This document shows positions 62,410 to 64,000 of a stretch of 64,000 bases of DNA, one piece after another (the first letter of the stretch is position 1; every line of letters begins with the position of its first letter). The stretch spans positions 42,656,001-42,720,000 of the forward strand of contig CM060733.1 of the NCBI GenBank assembly GCA_030704615.1, written 5' to 3'. The position numbers and the translations under genes were made by a program. Source of the DNA: Takakia lepidozioides (taxonomy: Eukaryota > Plantae > Bryophyta). The notes below the pieces were generated by a model. That model was not told the DNA's origin. It saw only the letters and a program-made list of their open reading frames with translations, and ran no database searches.

Positions 62410-62700
62410 TGTTACGAACGGAGTATGGAGCACTTGTCGCTAGGCCCAGCATATATGACCAGGGTGGGCAAAACAAACGTGACACAGCCTATCACAGCCC
62501 AGCACGGCGCAACACAGCCTATCACAGCCCATCACGACGTGTGACACAGCCTATCACAGCCCAGCACGGCGCAACACAGCCTATCACAACCTACCATAGC
62601 GTGTCACAGCCTATCACAGCTTACCACAGTGCATCACAGCCTATCACAGCGTAACACAGTATGACACAGCCTGTCACAGCTCAACACAGCCTACTAAAGT
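62410..62700 (+). repeat. Probable LTR start with a (CACAGCCTAT)-type microrepeat
   Basis: TGTTACG at 62410, followed by acacagcctatcacagc repeats at 62480-62695; same layout as the Gypsy A LTR. The other end was not identified. Confidence 0.5.
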
Positions 62701-64000
62701 TACACGATCCATAGAATCAGTGACAAGTGGACGCATAATAACTTCAGGAAAATGGCTGACGGAAGAGGAAACGGAAATTACTTTAAAAATAGACACGTGG
62801 AGGTCAGGGCGCGACACACAGTCGAGAAGGAAGTGCAAGAACAGGTGTCAAAAAGAAAGATGACAAGAACGGCCGTCAAAAGGGATGAAAGGCGGGCCCA
62901 TTAATGAGTACGGAAAAAGGGAAACGGAACGAACGGCAAGTACAGAAAAGCGGAATTCTTGTCATGTGTGATCCTAGTGGACTATCCAACAGGGAAAGTC
63001 CACTAAAGAAGATAAAATCTAAATCCAGTCACAGCGGATACAGCCATAGAAAACCAGAGAAAGGATCAAGAAAATGGAGGGAAATTGAGCGCAAGAGGCG
63101 GCGTCGTTCTGAGTAACGGGCGTCTCGACAGGACAGACCATCAATGCTATAACTTGGAAACTATGGAGGAACTAACAGACTATACGCTCGCAATATTACT
63201 TACGCAGTGGCATAGACACGAAAGGACAGAGCAGAGCTTTTCTCTCGAGCGATGCTTGCAAGCCCCGCAGGCTTACAAGAAATTACCCATAGCTTTCTGC
63301 GGCAACCATACGTTTATGCTTTGTGCACTACAGGCATTCCTGCAGTTGTTACAGCCCAAACAGTTCTGTGAGTCTAAAATGAAGAGAGTGAGAGGAATGG
63401 AGGAAATCAGGGTGAAGAGCACCACAATTCTGCAGAAACAAACGATTGCTACCCCACAGGCGATACAGATACTGGAGGAGCTGAGATTGCAAGGATTGCA
63501 AAGCCTAGATTGGACACTACACCATAGACAGTACATGTTACAATTTTTGCAGAACTTTGAGCCAAGGACAGAACAACAACGGTGAAGGGAGTTGAATTAA
63601 TGATTACTCCCCTATACCTCCAGCAATTGTTTCGATTGCCAGCAGGTCAGGTGCATGTGGAGGAACACAGGGCAAGACTGCAAATAGGGGACTTATTCAA
63701 GAAGGGAGTTTCTTTAAAACTCAGGGTTATGCTTGTACCAAGGCTGTGTACCCAGGGTTAAAAGAGGTAGGCCAGGTATTGAACGTTCTGATTGCCATGA
63801 AACAGAACCAACAGTATTTGAGCAGATCCTTCACGGAGGAAATACTCAAAGGCCTGAAGGGACAAGAGGTACAATGGGCGGACATAATGTACAACGCACT
63901 GGTAGAGGAGATGAAAAGATTACAAGGTACTACCGCAAAGTCTCCTATAATAGTGTCTGGCCCAATCATTGCTCAAATAATCCTTGATTCTGGCATACTT

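Overview
Eukaryotic, land-plant-type genomic DNA (probably a non-seed plant; this is inferred from the PLS/E-class PPR fragments and the gene style). One intact host gene, a 3-exon gamma-tubulin complex component 3 (10028-13054, minus), sits in a nest of transposons: an L1-type LINE relic, three or four Ty3/Gypsy elements, a 5.5-kb non-autonomous CACTA carrying PPR and OSB-type PDF-motif fragments, and several copies of an unusual Mutator-like (MULE) family. The best-preserved copy is a complete 14.6-kb element (35583-50176) with TIRs and a TSD, and it splits a Gypsy pol in frame. It encodes (i) a GCM-like Zn domain + MULE DDE + SWIM transposase, (ii) a divergently transcribed gene of about 10 exons whose product fuses a ParB/Srx-like domain to a beta-class N4C/N6A DNA-methyltransferase-like domain, and (iii) a third unknown ORF. 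Its non-coding DNA, including several introns, holds over 40 copies of a 22-bp palindrome, spaced at near-integer helical turns (mostly exactly 53 bp). Two diverged relatives in the window (3.3-5.4 kb and 20.0-29.6 kb) show the same layout, each with its own palindrome variant, also helically phased (53/64/74/85/96 bp). This transposase + ParB-MTase + phased palindrome array module is the candidate undescribed system. All calls come from reading motifs by eye; no database searches were run.
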